Notes under the pieces: generated by a model | The model's database searches: none | Seen by the model: only the letters and a program-made list of their open reading frames with translations | Told to the model about the DNA's origin: nothing | Made by a program: the position numbers and the translations under genes | NCBI GenBank assembly: GCA_965637545.1 | Contig: OZ281501.1 | Coordinates: 18,910,001-18,974,000 of the forward strand | Length of the DNA: 64,000 bases | Reading direction: 5' to 3' | From: Phallusia mammillata | Taxonomy: Eukaryota | Shown here: one piece after another, positions 61,120-64,000 of the stretch | Layout of the letters: each line of letters begins with the position of its first letter | Numbering within the stretch: position 1 is the first letter of the stretch

Positions 61120-62899
61120 GTAATGTGCGAAATTCACTGTGGTGGAATTATACATAGAAAATACCGAAAAAGTGTTTCGTCCACCAGGTTGCATATTTAA
61201 CAAATTTGTCTTTAATACGAAGTTATTAACAATAATGGGATTATGTATGTCGGCTGGCCTCATGAAAATTGTAGAAGAACACCAGAAAGGCTTAAGATTT
61301 TTTACGATATTTTTTGCCAGACATAGTTATTTATAGACTTTCCTTTTTAACTGAAACGGCGAATATAAAAAAATCATCCGGCTAAACGAAACGAAAAAAC
61401 ATGTTGTATGCCTAGGAATGGCACTATCTTATTTTGCCTAAAGAAGAACTTAGACTTAAACTTGAAAGTGGGTTTAGTGGTCGAAAAAGTCAAACAAATT
61501 TGTGGTTCGGGTGACGTAATGCACCGTGTCCATACAAGGTAATGTCAAACCACTCTTAACATTTTGTACTGACCATAACAACAAAAAATCTGTTCAAGTA
61601 AACATATTCACTATTTTCAAACTCTCTGGAAGTTACGATTTTGTATCAGCCATTTTTTTATGGTTTGCAACACGGTTTTATTTAAAACTTTCGAAACCTC
61701 AATTTGCGACAATAATATATGAAAACCTTTAACTTTATTGTTTACATGGTACTGTCACAGTGGTGAGTAATGTCAAAAATTAAAAGGTTTACGTCAACTT
61801 ATTCAACAAAATAAAATTTAATTTGGTTGCAGATTGGCAAAACCACAATTTGTAAAACAATTTCCTTTTACAAGATTTGGCACATTTTAAAATGCGTAGA
61901 CTAGATTAGATTTCCAATAAAACTTTCCCATCACTTACCCCCATGTTTTAAATTAAATTCCCGTGCGAGTTAAGATTAAAACGAAGATTGGAAGGGCACG
62001 GAAGGTTCAGAAAACAAGCGATAAACTCCTTTTCAATTTCCAGCAATTTCGCTTTCACCCGACCTGTGGTCGTGAAACAGAGTGAAAATAAAACAATAAA
62101 TTTTAGTTGGGCGCAAGTAAAGTGGTAATAAAATTGCATGCTGACTTTATTCAATTTCTTATTACTTCGCAGTGATCACTCGAGTTACCTTAATTTGAAT
62201 AGAAATATTGAAGGTTTGAATTCACAAAACCACTTGCTCGCTGTAAATACCCGATTTATTGAGGCAAGGCACTGAACTAACCCTGTTTGGGAGGGAGAGA
62301 TTTTTACTTGCCTTGCAATCGTGGCAAATTGCAGAAACGGCTGTTTATACGTTGCATTAAAATTGCCAAAAATCGTTTTTTAAAGAAATTTTCTTGTTAC
62401 TCAGTACCACTGGTATGAGAGAGGGCCTATATATTTTAATTTTCTTACTGTTCTGTATTTAAACGAATTTTCAGGTGCAAAGAAATGCGATCAGTGCTTT
62501 CAGTGTCACGCGAGCTTCCAAAACATTTCAGAAATACCTCAAAAACCAATTTTCGTGGAAACACAGACCGCCTTGTGGCCATTATGTCTGAACCACGAAC
62601 AAATTTAGTTTTCTTTGCCACAAACTGTCTCAAGTACAAGATCCCGGGCAGATAAAATCTCAAATCAGCAAAAAGTTTCAGCTTCAAACAAACCCTTGGT
62701 GGCCACTGACAACCGGGTCACGTGGTTGATGACGTGTGAGGGAATGACGTAATGAGGCGATTAAGAGAAAAACAAAATTCATTTTAAATGTTGATGGTTA
62801 AAGTTTTTATTGCAACCCAGCGGTGGAATTCAGTTGTTAAGTGTTTACAACATTTGAATCGGCAACAGGTGACAGCGCTCTGCGCACAAGGCCATCTCA

Positions 62900-62941
62900 A
62901 GGTCAAACCGACCTCAGCTCTCAACGACCTCTGTCTGACCT
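62900..62941 (-). promoter_or_regulatory. Candidate intronic DR5 RARE with adjacent IR3
   Basis: Minus strand AGGTCAgacagAGGTCG (62925-62941). Plus strand AGGTCAaacCGACCT (62900-62914). Confidence 0.5.
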
Positions 62942-63260
62942 TGCTATCCCTTACATGACTGTCAACTACTGAAAGGTTGTGTTGAACCTAAAACACGAAA
63001 CATTTTATACGCGAAACCACAAAGCAACTAGAAAGTGATTGCGCTCTGATATTACTTTCCACGGTTTGGGATTACATGCTTCTTAACTTGCTGACAAAAC
63101 GCACAGCACACGCAATTTCCAAACTTAAAAATAAACATACATAGTTTGATGAACTTATTAAAACTGAATTGCACACCGATGTATATCAGCTTTGGCGCTG
63201 CATTCTTAAACTGAGGTTTTGAGACTCTTTATCTTGGTAATCAACATGAAGCGGAAGCTG

Positions 63261-63673
63261 AACCTTTTACACTACCCACAGCGGTACATGACCCGGGGTT
63301 AAACCTTTTACACCACCCACAGAGGTACATGACCCGGGGTTAAACCTTTTACACCACCCACAGAGGTACATGACCCGGGGTTGAACCTTTTACACCATCC
63401 ACAGCGGTACATGACCCGGGGTTAAACCTTTTACACCACCCACAGAGGTACATGACCCGGGGTTGAACCTTTTACACCATCCACAGCGGTACATGACCCG
63501 GGGTTAAACCTTTTACACCACCCACAGAGGTACATGACCCGGGGTTGAACCTTTAACACCATCCACAGCGGTACATGACCCGGGGTTAACCTTTTACACC
63601 ACCCACAGAGGTACATGACCCGGGGTTGAACCTTTTACACCATCCACAGCGGTACATGACCCGGGGTTAAACC
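63261..63673. repeat. 41-bp minisatellite x10 with an 82-bp dimeric higher-order pattern; units carry DR5 motifs
   Basis: Unit AACCTTTTACACCA(C/T)CCACAG(A/C)GGTACATGACCCGGGGTT(A/G). The two variants alternate from unit 3 onward. Confidence 0.95.
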
Positions 63674-64000
63674 TGTGTTAGCACACCACCATGCGGTTAA
63701 AACTGGCATGATATTTGCGAAATATCGTGTTAAAAATCATGTTTGTTATGTCAGTGAGCTTGTATGCCGTAAATACAATACAAGGATTAAAATTGCAAGA
63801 CTTTTTGCAAACTAGCTTCCACAAAATTGCTTAACATACGGATTTTAGTGCGATGTACGTTACAAAAAGTATTTTTTAATTCGAATTTTTCTTGTATAAG
63901 GCAATTTCATACCTGCCAAAAAACGTGTTTTTGTGTTTGTTTCGTTTCCGTATCAAAAAATACCTTTTTAACGGTTTTAGATTCATCTAACCGTTCAACA

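Noticed and set aside
63261-63673. CRISPR-like array
   Set aside because: Units are contiguous with no unique spacers, and the context is a eukaryotic intron with no cas genes.

Overview
AT-rich, intron-containing animal DNA. It is most likely an ascidian (tunicate), inferred from the short GT-AG introns and the gene repertoire. There is one 157-N assembly gap (26802-26958). (1) 0.8-35 kb: a tandem cluster of five-exon genes of the Schistosoma-type sulfotransferase family (Sulfotransfer_4-like, about 246 aa, each ending in a hydrophobic tail anchor). It has a minus-strand arm (806-12377) and a plus-strand arm (19470-35023). I count 9 apparently intact copies, 1 frameshifted pseudogene and 2 fragments. 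A spliced 105-aa orphan ORF lies between the arms. (2) 36.7-45.0 kb: WAC (12 coding exons, minus), head-to-head with (3) CASC3/MLN51/Barentsz (17 exons, 46.0-55.1 kb, plus). (4) From about 59.5 kb: the 5' part of a retinoic acid receptor (RAR) gene, cut by the window end. hAT- and Tigger-like MITEs (several with perfect 8-bp TSDs, one nested pair), L2/CR1 LINE relics and two minisatellites are scattered through the window. Most notable observations: a hypervariable patch around the presumed catalytic Asp of the sulfotransferases; a 41-bp minisatellite in the RAR intron whose units are DR5 retinoic-acid response elements, plus other DR5/DR4 sites around RAR; a retained Pol III B-box behind most sulfotransferase copies; and a double TGATG uORF relay in the WAC leader. 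All family assignments come from remembered motifs, not database searches.
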